Source: Balanoglossus misakiensis (Eukaryota > Animalia > Hemichordata). Taken from it: a DNA stretch of 64,000 nt. Location of the stretch: contig CM082577.2 in the NCBI GenBank assembly GCA_040954595.2, positions 11,193,654-11,257,653 of the forward strand, written 5' to 3'. The notes beneath the pieces were generated by a model. The model had not been told where the DNA came from. It was given only the letters and a program-made list of their open reading frames with translations, and made no database searches. Shown here piece after piece: positions 13,746 through 27,100 of the stretch (position 1 is the stretch's first letter; each line of letters starts with the position of its first letter). The position numbers and the translations under genes were made by a program.

Positions 13746-15172
13746 CTTTGAAACTCATGTCTTCGTGCACACAAGTTTCATCGATAAATTTCTGCCGAAA
13801 TTGCATGCGATTCTGACTGATTCAGTCGACAACAAGCAGTAATCAATCTTTTGTATTTATAGGGTGAAGAGTGTCCCACTTTTCTGAGGGGGTTAGAGGG
13901 TACACATAAAATATATATTGGGTGTGCACTGGCCTTGTGGCAATATTCCTTCTCGTTTCCTGAATTAAAAAAAAAACACATCGCTAAGAAATATTCAGTA
14001 GATATATGTATGTTAAGCTGATTCACTTTCCTTGTTTTCTTTAAAACGCTCACAGCGTTTTTTCCAAAGTATAATAGAGGTGACCAAATTGTACCTACAA
14101 AACAGCGAACCTATCAAAAACTTCGCTTGTTTCCTTGTCATATGCAAAACGCTTTTTATGATCAGTAGCAACGTCAAAACTTTGAGAGTTCTGGATATCG
14201 AAGTTAGTGCGCTTCAGAACTTCAGGCGAGCATTGGAGAAAGCTGTCGGATCCGAAGGAAACTGCGCATATAGCTGTAAGTTATTTATATACAAAAACTT
14301 ATACAGTAGTAGCCGATAACAAACCAAATTGGTAGTCTTCGCCTTGTGGAATTCTTGTATGTTGTAACTGAAGTTATTCTAGGGAGCAGTAACACGTTTT
14401 TGAGCATTTCTTTTCGTGAATTGTGATGTTAAAAGCTGTTCGACGTGTTCTTTGGCTACTTGAAACGCTGGTAAACTGTACTCAATCTCTATACTTTGCT
14501 TGTGGACATACCAGATTGAACATTCAGTGAAACACTTCATGGTCTCTACCCAGGTATTCACAGTCAAATTTTGTCCATGTACTTGACTGCATAGCCAGTG
14601 GTGCATAATGTTTAGACCACGTGTTATCAGGTCTCGGAGTGTGAATTCCTTTCTATAATAGCACTGCTGTGGTAATAATTATTTGTCGAAGGAAAAAGAC
14701 TATGCAATATGTGTAGTTCATTCCATCTAGCCACCACACACTAAATCACCACTTATCACACAACAAAGGAGAAATTTATGGCTCTTTTATTTAGCTTATT
14801 CATCACTTACATTAAATTGCACGGTGAGTGACTTTATGCAAGTACGGTACAGTTTCAAGAAAATGGATAAGTTTAAAGAAAAAAATACGTATTGATATTG
14901 ATAATGGTGATAATTTAATGTCGTTCTCTGGTCATGCGGAGTTCGAGTTTTCAACATGGCTCGCGCAGCCAAGCGAGTAACTAACGAACTAAACATTACT
15001 AATATTATCACTCTACTACTATTATACTACTACCATAAATAATAAAAATAATAATAATTATATTGTAATATTAATTCATATAGGAGATTTTGTGGCCGGT
15101 GTAGTTCACCTATATATATGCCGCTGACGTAGATGAAGCGACTTGTGTACTCAAAGAAAGATGGTTCACACT
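13746..15172. promoter_or_regulatory. Divergent (head-to-head) promoter region, 1.43 kb between ATGs
   Basis: Minus-strand TATAAATA at 13861-13854 before gene 1; plus-strand TATATATA at 15111-15118, ~60 bp before ATG 15173. Confidence 0.6.
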
Positions 15173-18100
15173 ATGGGTCGTGGAAAAAACTTGGTTTTAC
15201 TTCTCTCCGTCTTGTTTGGTTTGTTTGTATTCACCGTTGGCTGGTGAGTTACTTCACATGTAAGCGACTGGTTTCTTTGGTTAAATTAACTTCACTGGGA
15301 ATCTTGTACCAAAAAGGTTTGAAGTCATCGATTTACCAGGTGTGATATACACCATCCATAGACAGCAGAAATCTGAGTGAATGTCAATCTTTAAATTTGA
15401 AGATAATACGTATTTTCAGGTATCCTTGCAATATTTTAACAGGAATGTTTTGATGCAGACAATACGTACATTAATTCATGTGTCATGAATTGATCTTCAG
15501 TGTTTTTTATCCGAATAAAAAACGTGCTTATGGTGTTGGCATTCTTGTTCTGTCATTGGATAAGTTTATACCAAAAGCACCAAAGACGGTCACTTATAAT
15601 GCGGACGGGCTTTAATAACAGACACGAACAGCGTCGCATATTTGCAGTCGACAATTTTATACTTGCGCACCAGTGCACATTTGACTTGTGAAATCAGTCG
15701 ATGCACGTGTTCAGTTTTCACACAACCATTCCTAGTGTAACAGTGCCAAGAAATTGCTAAACGCACGGATTCTGTATTTGTATTCTTAGGCCAAATTCTT
15801 GTCAGTATCGTGAGACCAGAACCAGGTCAGCAACCACCCGTTACAGTCGGACGACAACAATTCGATACGAAACTGGTTGTTGGGCAGTTTTTCAATGTTC
15901 AGCATATAGGTTAGTATGTGTAACACATTACTGTATCTTAATTGTGATATTATCATACTGGCCTTCATTTTTCTCGTAGCAGTATTCTGTTTACATTATT
16001 TTTAAATATGTTTTCTTCTGGGACGAATCTTATTAACAGCTAACACAGCACAAGAGCATATGGGGAAATGAATATCTGCCAACATTACATCAGATATCAA
16101 AATCTTCCAATTGTTTATCGGAATCGGGCTAAAAGCGTGGTGGCGTAAACATTTCCTGTAGTTGATATGATACTGTTCTGGCGCAAGATTATAAACTTAA
16201 ATATTCTCAAGCATATATATTTCTCTTTGGTATAAAAATGATCGGCTCATTAAATTTGTAATGTGTCGTCCAAAACCAAGGTCACAAGTTAGCTTAATTT
16301 CCGCCATTGACTATCAAGTCAGGTTTTCTTCACATGACACTCTTGCTCTCATTCGGACATCGTTGCAGGTTAGGCACAGCATACGCGTCACGTTACCAGA
16401 CTACATATTACTACCAATACGATACAAGGACTTGTTATGGATACTGTCGATCCTACGGATGTTCAGGTAAATACATATTTGTTTCCCATTGATGACAGAT
16501 ATAGCTTAGCAAAATAATAAAGTCGGTTCTTCATATATAAATTAATGACATAAAGGTTAACCCGGTATTATGATAGCCCATAAGCTTAGTATAGGAAGGT
16601 AGTGTGTTAATTTACACTAATTGTTGTTGGACTGCAGAGGGCAGTGGACTATGGCATGAAGGGGTGAGAAAAAACAACAACTATTTTTTAAATTAATTTT
16701 GACAGTTTAACCAAGCAAAATGTTGAAGATTATTGCAGTAAAAGTGCTTGGGTTTAATTAGAATTAACATGTTGAGAGTTACCCAGGTTTGATTTACGTT
16801 TAAAACAACAGTTATTATTACTTTTGTTTGAAAAATGCATCTTTGTATTGCCCTGCATGTGAGTATTTTGATAAATAGAATTGAATTTAGTTTTAATACA
16901 ATTTATCTTGATAATATTTTTTTCACCGATTATATAAGTACCATGCATGCTAAATAGCATAATATCCATGAAATCAATGCCTGTAACGGATTAAGTACAG
17001 TAATATTTACCTAATGGTTTTCTAAAAGATTAACGTAACCAAGTGGTAAACTTAACTGGATGTGATATTTTCTCATTTCTGTTTCACAGACTGCAATTCT
17101 ATACCTTACTGTGCACCCGGAAGACTTCGATGCAGTTCTGATAGCAATCATTACTGCGAGCAATGCATTCACAACCTTGGGCAAGATGGAATAGCATACG
17201 CATTGGTTAATCGTGGCAGCGTAGCCAGGGGAATATGTCAGAGTAAGAGTTTAAGTTATTGTTATTGTTATTCCTCCATTCCTTTATCCATTTTGTATTT
17301 ATTGACGTTGATTTGCGCGATGCTAATCAACACAGGCAAGTATTGCAGTCGAAGAAACAAATCATGTGATCGATCAGTACCCTTTTTGAAGTGAAAACTA
17401 CATGTTAGTGCAAATGCTCGTTCTTTTATCTTGGGTACTATGGGCCAAATAATTAACAAGTTAGAAAGGACTGCAAATTTTTTGACAAAAAATGCAAATT
17501 ATGAATTACTTGTCGGTTCTCAATTATGGTTTTTAGCACATTTTACATACAATGTGCACGTCTGACTTCTAATAAAACTTGCAGCAGAGATGTTATATGT
17601 ATACTTTTATTAAGTTCTGGCCAGGGGGTTACTGAACGCGCGTGATACACCTTTTGTCCGATACACTGAAATAGCAATCACTGAAATCTACGTATGAACC
17701 AATTGTTCGATTTACATGTAAACAAAGCCAGTGAGAGCACGAATCCCATGTATGGCGATTCACTTGTTAATTGTTTTATTTATTTTTTAAATTTTTTAGA
17801 AACGTGTTCGTGGCTGCCTGACAGTCGTTTCTGTTACCCAGGAACGTGTAATCCCAACGGACCACCTGACACATGTACTTGTACACAAGGGTTTTCTGGT
17901 TCTGACTGTCTTAGAAGTAAGTAATACTTTAATCTAATAATAGTGCCCTTGTAATCGCGCAACAGGTTAAGACAGAACATTTAATATCTGTCAGCAGTTA
18001 CAGACGAACTACACAGTGATTTACGATTATGGTGACGTTGGTGAGTCAGAGGCCACAATGATAGCGTTGCGCTACATAAATGTAATCACCTGACTTGATT

Positions 18101-21100
18101 TCAGTGCAATGAGGGTCACCAAACTATTAACCCTTTCACCCCCTGTTCACTCTTTAGAGGTCCAACTTTACCATGTAGGAAACAATAGGATTGGACTGAA
18201 CCATGGTGGTGAAAGGGTTAATCTGGACCTCACAATAGCGCCCTCACTAGTAAATTTGTTAAAATACAGTCCGAGAAATCTGCTGTGGGCCCTATGGTGC
18301 CATATTTGATTCTTGCAACAAATTAAACACAATTGTAACTGTTTTTTCCGTTTTCCCCAAATCACAGTTGATTCCAATAATGTTGTATCATTTAATGGAT
18401 TTGTGTCCATAATGGGAGATCCTACTGCAACGGTAATCCTCAACATCGCGAATCCTACCGCGTACATCAAACAAGAAGACCCTGTTATGCTGAATGCATC
18501 GTGGACGGCCACTTTCAGAGGAGCGCCCTCTTTTCCGGCGAGACCTGCATACGTCAAAGAATTCAAAGTTGGTGTCGTCGGCTATGCATTGAAATATTCA
18601 ATCAGATCAGGTGGTAAGTTTTCGCCTTTCAACAACCATGAAATACGAGCACATCCTAATTACACGGTACGCAAACGTGTTATGCAATACAACATATTTT
18701 AAACATTACAGCATTTCAGAGTGAAAGTGTGTTATTTATAGATATTTTGGAAATAAGCCATTGTCATTTATTTATTTGCACAATTGGTGGGTTTTATGTA
18801 TTTACACACGTTTTATCCTAGGAACGACTGGTCCACAGCAGACAATAACCAGTCCGTCTTTAGTGCGGAACCCATCCTTGAGCAGCACGAATCCTTCAGA
18901 AGCCGAAACTTTTCATGCAACGAAATCAATAGACATAGGCCGGCTACAGCACGATGACAGGTAACATAACAGCTGCAATACCTTTTGCACTGTAGACAGT
19001 AAGAAGTCGCCTCATTTACTAAACAAGTAGATGTCGGTGAACCTACATGTATTTAAAAACGGATTTATACGATTTAGAGCGTCCGCGGGAGAGCATCGAT
19101 CAGTCGGCGTCAGTCTCACTCTTCATATAAAACATTGGTAACCTCATTAATATTCATCGTCAGCGTTAGCCGGATAGGAAAGCTAGTATATGGCTATGGC
19201 TATTTGAATATGGCTATTTTCTTAAATATATGTTTCTGGTAAGTACCATGCAGAAGACTGTTAGGCTGACCTGTTTACTGAAATCAGCTCATCGTCATAA
19301 AATCGAAGTCCACAGCCTGCAGATTTTGGGACTATGTTCAATACAACTACTATATACACATTGGATATGACAACATGTCGCGCGGAGGCGCTATACACCA
19401 TATACATATATACCTGGACTACTGAAGCCGGTCAACTTTGACATGAATTGTCTCGTCGCCCATTGTGTTGAAATTCTGATATTGTTCTGACTCTAGCTTA
19501 TTGACATGTTCGCATTGCAACACCAGGTGTTTAAATTTGTTTTCTTGAATCGCATTTCAGTGTTACGGTTACTATAGAAGGACGCAGTGGAGGTTATATC
19601 CGTATGACTGGGCACCCAACGCCCTCAAATCGGAGAACAGAGAATTACATCGGGCACACTGAATCGGTATCTGCTACTTTCAAGGTTGACCTGGTTGAAC
19701 CTTATCACTGTTCAGTTGTAGTGCCGACGTGTAACGATGACATGTTAAGAGTGTCGTCTTCATTCACAAAAGAGGTAAGAAACTTTTTGTTTGGGGGAAA
19801 TGTGGTATGTAGAGAGAGCTAATTCATTTATGTACACAGACATGCAGTGAAGGGCATTTTGATACTTCCGTGACCATTGCTTCAGATTTTCTGCCCTGTT
19901 GATTATTTTTTCTGCTAATAATTTATCGAGGTATTTACATGGGGAATGTATTTTTATTAGAATATGCAGGCATTGGACACATTTATCCAAACCAATTGTC
20001 TAAAGTACAGTTTGATTGTTGTCGTTTCTGTCTGTACATTTCACAGCATGAGCTTTCCTTTTCCTGGCGTGGGTGGCAAGATGACGATTCTGGAATTGGA
20101 AACTACAAAGTGGAGGTTATGCCATCCAAATCAGAAAATGGCGTTATCAGCTGCATACAAGGTAAAGATGTCACAAAGGAATGTTACGGCAATTCAGGCT
20201 GTTCGGTGACAGTAACTGATTCAGGTAATACGAACTCACCTTGTAACGATTTTCTAACCTGTGGCAGCGTGAAATAATTAATCGAATAATTACAATTTGG
20301 TTGATTAAATTATCTTAAAGGGACAAAGTTTCTCTCTCACTGCCTTTTTTCCATGAAGTTTGTTTGATGCAAGACACCGTTTATTTTATTCTACATGTGG
20401 ATATATAGTGAATCAACGTTCAACCACACACCACTTCCATTCAACTTGTAGACACGAGAGTGAAAAACTCGCCAAAATGAATAATCGGTGTTTAACATTT
20501 AATCATTTTGGCGAGATTTTTACTCTCATATCCTAGAAACGGGATGGAAGTTGTGTGTGGTCAAACGTCACTACATGTATACATCCACATGTAGAATAAC
20601 ATGAACGGTGTCTTGTATCAAACATAATTAATGAAAAAAGGGCAGCGAGAGAGAGACTTTGTCCCTTTAATAATGATGTTTCCGCATGACATAACGAGTG
20701 AAGAAGAGTCATAGGACATAACCTTAATTATCGTGTTCGGAAGAAATGTGTCACTTCTGAATACAAAAATTCAATTTGTGGTTTTGTGTTTTAGTTCCGC
20801 GTTAGTAAACACTTTAACATCAACCAGTGCTGGTACATAGCTAAAGTTTATAGAATGAGGTTTAGCATTTGTCTCGGTGCTTGGTACAATGATACGCTTA
20901 CTTACCAATGACATCTCTTTTCCAGGCAACTATTGCGTCCAGCTGGTTGTTATGGACGTGACGGAAAACCATAAAACTGCCATGCGTTATGTGTTGTTTG
21001 ATAACAGTAGTTTTGTTGAGTATGATCAGACGGGACATTTCGCCATGTGGGTAGCGTCCGCGGAACCCAGTACTAACTTTGAGTGGCTAACAAACGTCAG

Positions 21101-24100
21101 AGATCCCATAGGGCAACCAAAGGTAAAGTGTAACGACAAGAATGAAATACCGCGCTGTCAGAAACCATGAGACTGGATAATTGTTTCACGGTCGATTAAC
21201 GACATTTATCCAATTTCCATCTTTTCCTTTTAGCTCAAATATAGATGAATTTTAACTTACATTTAACATTTGTTGCGAAATTGTCAAAGTTGGTCGTAAA
21301 TGATTCGAGAATTGCTTTAGAGAAAAAGTATCACGTTTTAGATGACACTTTCATTAGTCAGATGGTTTGTACTTCAAAATAAAACACCGTTAATGGCCAC
21401 ATTAGACCAAATGTGTGAGATTTTAACCCCGCCAATAAATTTCTCTATAAAGTATTTCGAATACTTAATGGGGAAAAAGATCGCCATTTGCTTTACTTTT
21501 TTCGCAGGTACATATCAAATGGCCAGAACATTTCAAAAATGAGTTCCATAAACACAATGGTCTTCTCGACCGGATAAACATTGACCACTTCAACATTTCT
21601 GAAGAATATGACATGCCTACGGGTCAACCGCCAAGCACACGATCACGTGAAGGAATAGCAAATGTCAACGGTATCGTGATATTTGAAGTGTCGTTCGATG
21701 TTGATCATGAAGGGGGTAGATCTTTAGAAATCCCGACCACAGGATGGGTACAGATACAGAATATCTATGTAAGTAAAAAAAAAACTTCTGAAAGTTTATG
21801 TAATAAGTTGCTTAAGGTGTTTAGCTGGAAATGAATAGCATTGGCATAATTTTCAACCGTCATAATGTAATTTGGTAGTGGTAATTTGGTGAGTGGCGTT
21901 TGTGCATGCTGCATGGATATGTGTAGAAGGTCTGTGTTCGATACTTGCAAAATGTAAATTTACTATGAAGTATTAAACACATTGTACTTTAATTGAAATA
22001 CGTTTGATGAGAAGACAAACTAATATCAGTTCGCTGGTAGGACCAGAACCATTTCAAGATATTTTAGCAAACAGAAGATAGTAAATGTTTATGTCCAGTG
22101 TGTAACTTGAACTCCGCGACTCGACTTTGTCCATCTAATACGATTTGATATACATGATTCAACCCGACAGTTTTCTCATATCCGCATTCTTGTGTATGCA
22201 AGACGTATATCCGTCGTCACATGTTCACTTTTGAGTCACTGCCTTCTTCTGTCTTAGGCACAAGAAACCGAACTTGACATTCAGCGGGTAGACGGTGATA
22301 CCATACGTGTGTGGGTCAAGGCATCTGACGTCATGGGCAATGAAGCTATCGACAATGTGACTGTTCACGTGGATTCGTCCCCTCCAATCATTGGAGACGT
22401 CTTCCTCACCAAAGATGGAGTGCATTATTTAGCCGTTCATCATTCTGTGGATTTATTTGACATGAGGTAAATCAGAATTTGATATTCGTCTGAATTGAGA
22501 ACGTTTCAACATCTTTTAAAGTCATAACATGCTTGCGAAACTAATTTATATTTACACTTATTGAAACGTTTGGGAAATGATTTGATTAGTTCATCTATGT
22601 TTTTTATATACATTGACAAACACACGACATTTCATACAGACGCCCACAGTATGTAGGAAAGGTAGTGTCTTGCATGTGGAGAAGGGTACACAACTTTGTG
22701 TATATCTCTGTATAGTATATCTCCTAACCATCTACTAACCCTTAAGTTGTCTCGAACATAAAATATCATTTTGAATACAACTCCTGATCGCAACTGCTGC
22801 TGTTAATTGTGTAGGTTAAACGACTCATCCGTTCTTGCATATGCATATTTACTTAAAGAGTCGTGTTCGAGGCTTATGATGATCACAGCGGTCTGCACAC
22901 CATACATTGGTCACTGCACGATATGGATGACGAAAGTGTGGTCCATGGAAATGGAACTGTCGCCGTGGGAAGACCTTCAGTAAGTACAAGTACCTCCAGA
23001 TATACTGGTGCAGGAGCTAAACCCCAAATTTTGGCATAATTGTGCACTTTGGATTAAAAGCATGAAACTTGGTACGCTTATGCATTTACCCATGGCGGCC
23101 ATTTTCTGATATGGATCCAAAATGACAGCGCCCTCTAGTGGCCAGAAACAGACATTCATTCTTTAAAATTGTGCACTTCCGGTTAAAAGCATGAAATTTG
23201 GTACAATTATTCATTGATCCATGGCGGACATTTTCCAATATGGATACTCCAAACTGCAAAGTGTTGGTTATTTCCCGCATTGTTGACCGCCTACGTGAAA
23301 AGGGACATTAAGGATTCGCAGGGTTGTGATCAAGAAGGAAAAACCATATCGACATATATATCAATATACCGTTTTCCGTATTCTGTGAGATCTCGCGTGG
23401 ATAGGCAGTTTATATATGGGAGAACATTCTCACAAGACAAAAACAACCCATCGCACAGCAGTTGCAGAGTTTGTTAAATCTTGACTTGCATTACTTGGCT
23501 ACCAACCAAATTGCTAAAATTAACCGATGTTCACCTGATCTCACAATGGGCGGACAATCATCTATTTATATGAGACTGCTTACATCTAAGCTTCATTTCC
23601 AGGAACTACATCCGGAATGTGATCCGCCATATTGTACCTGCATTCCGAAGGACAGCGATTGCTACTACCGAAACCATGAGATCGAACTTGATTTCACTAA
23701 AATGAACATACCAGAGGGGGCACACGATTACGATTATGTCTTCACAATCACGGTGACGAACAATGCCAATCTACAGTCCACCAGTGAATTTCAGGTAATG
23801 TGCATGAAATTCGTGAAAGCACCAACTGAATTACCCAAATAATATTAAACTTTGTCAGGGAATTGTTCCAGTAGCGGTATTAATACAGTGTAACTGAAAA
23901 GACGACCGACATCAGCAGAAATAAACAATGTTTCCACACACACGAATGTACATATTCAAACATGAAAGCTGTATTATTCTTTGGAAGTCAATCCAACATG
24001 ATTATTGAACAATTGTTCACTGTCTAAACGCGAATACATATAATTTGGGACTTTTTCACACCTTAATTTGGGGGAATCATAATTTTGTAAAAGATAATTA

Positions 24101-27100
24101 AAATTATAAGAATTTCCGATTTACCAGCAGACAGTGATGCTAAATCTTACCTTGTCAATTCATAGTCCGGAGAGCAATCATATTACATCCGTCTGAACAA
24201 ATTCTCTTGTAGGTCACAGTCGATACCAGTGCACCTCATGAGGGTTTCGTTCACGACAGTCGGCCAGAGGACCCAGACACAGATTACCAGCGGGAATTTG
24301 AAGTCTTTGCTGCGTGGGACGGATTCTTCGACCGTGAAAGTGGTGTCATGATGTACGTTTATTATTTTGGAGACACGTGCTGGGGGGACAACCAAAGCAT
24401 CGAATTTCCGGTAACTTATCCAGTAAGTCTGACATGGTTTTCTACGATATGTTAAAGACACTGTACCGTTAACTTCTGATGCTTTCAGTATTTTTGTTCA
24501 TTCTGTGTGTCACGATAAACAGCTTCTTGTTCTATCCCCTGCTCCATGTTAATATGCCACGTATTCAGCTTGTTACTACAGTTAATGCATGCATGTTATT
24601 GTTGAAAACTGAATTTTAGTCTGGACTAAAATTCCTAATATCAACTAATAACATGGAACTTTACAAACCTACATACTTCAGAAAATCAATAATTAGCACT
24701 TACATGTAGGCATGTTTTAGTGAGTAGAACAAGAAGCAGTAGTTGTTGAATAGAACAAAAATAGTGATATAATCATCAAAATTACAACTACTCTCCCCTT
24801 TAATAATATGTAATTTAAAAAACCAACTATTGTGGCAAGTATGGATAACCTTGGTATATGTTCATTTTATGTCACAGCTGCAAAACACGACATCAACCCA
24901 CGCTCAGTGGACGGCTCCATCTCCTGGCAAGTACTACTGTACGGTTGTCGCCTACAATAGAGCTATGGTGCCCTCTAAGCCAGTATGTTCTGATGGCGTA
25001 ACAATTGATACCACTGAGCCTGTTATCAGGGAAGTCAGCGTGGAGGATGTCTATGTCAAACCAAGGCTGGTGAAAGATGGGAATGGAACTGTTTGGTATA
25101 TCGACAGGCAGAGAAACCGACAGCACGTCGAGCAAGTACCGAATCTTTGCAGGTAACCGTCATCTGATAATACAGTCAAACCTCTCTATTGCAGTCAAAC
25201 CTCTCTAAAATGACTTTCCCTGTCCTTTATAGACAGGTGACCTTTATAGACAGGTCAATTAATGTACATTGTACATGTCAATTGCACCGGGACTGTATCA
25301 GGGTGGCTACTATATAGAGGTGGTCACTATGTAGAGGTGGTCAATAACACAGGTTTGACTGTATCATTATTGTCATTAAAATAGATGGTACTGTAAGCGA
25401 TTATCAAATTAAGTTTTGTTCGATATAAATAGTGATTAAAAGAGCAAAATGTCCCTCCGCTCTTTCTTCCAGAGATAACCTATATGTGGAAACCGAAATT
25501 GACCTATACCCAGCCTTAGTTCTCGGTGTAAATAACACACAATTGAGAGTAACCGATGAGGAATGTAGCATGCTAAGTAATGGACCACAGGCAGGGTTTC
25601 TGCGGAAAGAAAATCACGTGAGTACAGAAACTGCGAAGCACTCAAATGAATTTGCAATTAAAATGGGCATAAACGCGACATGCGAATGACGTATATAGAA
25701 CTCATTTTCATCTGGAGACACAATTCAAATTCTTCCCGAAAGTCGATTTTTTTCATTTCAATACCACCGCTTCAATTATGAAACTTTATGCAGCTGTCTC
25801 TGCGGTGGGTTGGCGAAGATATGGAAAGCAACATCTACGATTATGAAGTCGGACTGAGCAGCGTGCCATCTGGCTTGAATCCAGACATCATGCCGTTCAC
25901 TTCAACAAAAGCACACTCTGAGTACCTGACGTATCACCCAAACCTTGGAGAAGGAGTAGAGTTTTACATCGTCGTCAAGGCAACAAACAGGGCTGGGATG
26001 GAAACAACGAAGGTACAGAGGTGTAGAAAATCTCATGTAACCATTTAGGAACCATTTCAGTCAATTTGATGGCGTTACTATTATACTACTTCAAATACTA
26101 TAAATACTATAAATATGCATATATCTTAGCTTACTTGCAAGAACTACTAGTTAATTAATACATGTACATACATACATACGTATATGGATGTGTTCAGCTC
26201 TGAGAAAAGCGTCCCCAACATTTGACATTACTGGTATGTTTGACATTTTAATGTTTTATTTTCACATGCTTACTCTGCTTACAGAAACACTGCTCAATCA
26301 CACACAACGCCTATTTCATCTCAATTTTGGCATTGACAAACATTCAATGATGGGAGTGCCTATGTGTCTGTATCCTCATACATCGCGTGAGCTGAGATGT
26401 TAACCATTCATTGAGAATGATACAGTGAATAGGACGTGAATAATCTATCGAACCAAACTAAAATTTTAAACCAGATGTGGTGAGCGATTTCACTCCTGTG
26501 ATGTTTAACTTCGCGTATGGTTTGTATACATTTAGGTAATTGGGCCATTGGTCGTTGAAGTTACCGCCCCTGTCTTTAATGGTGATATAGTTGTCACAGC
26601 AGAAACAGACGGCACGGGCGAGGATTTTCTGGTGGCACGCTGGGAACAGAATGCTTTCTTCGACACTGATGACGTTGAACCCCTGACGCTATATACAGTT
26701 TCAATAGGTGTGTAGAATGTTACGGAACTTCATCACACAATACTTTTGACGTCGAGACAAAAAGGAGAAATTAACGTTTTCTTCATCGCATATTTCAGGT
26801 GATGCAGAGAATGGGTCTACTGTCCTGCCGTTTACAGAATTGGACAGATTTACATCTCAGCTCTGTCAAGTAACAGCTCCGCCATCTTGTGTTGCCATAC
26901 CAACCAGCAGCTTGAACTGGCATCTACACGGTCAACATATGTACTATGTGTACATTAAGGTGGAAAACGTGGCTGGTTTGAGTGTTGTTGGTACATCACT
27001 GCCCTACAAGCACGGTGTTCTCCTACCAAAAGCCGGCATTGTGTATGAAATATCCGATGTGGATGATGATGTCTCGCTTGGGGTATACGCATTTTCATTC

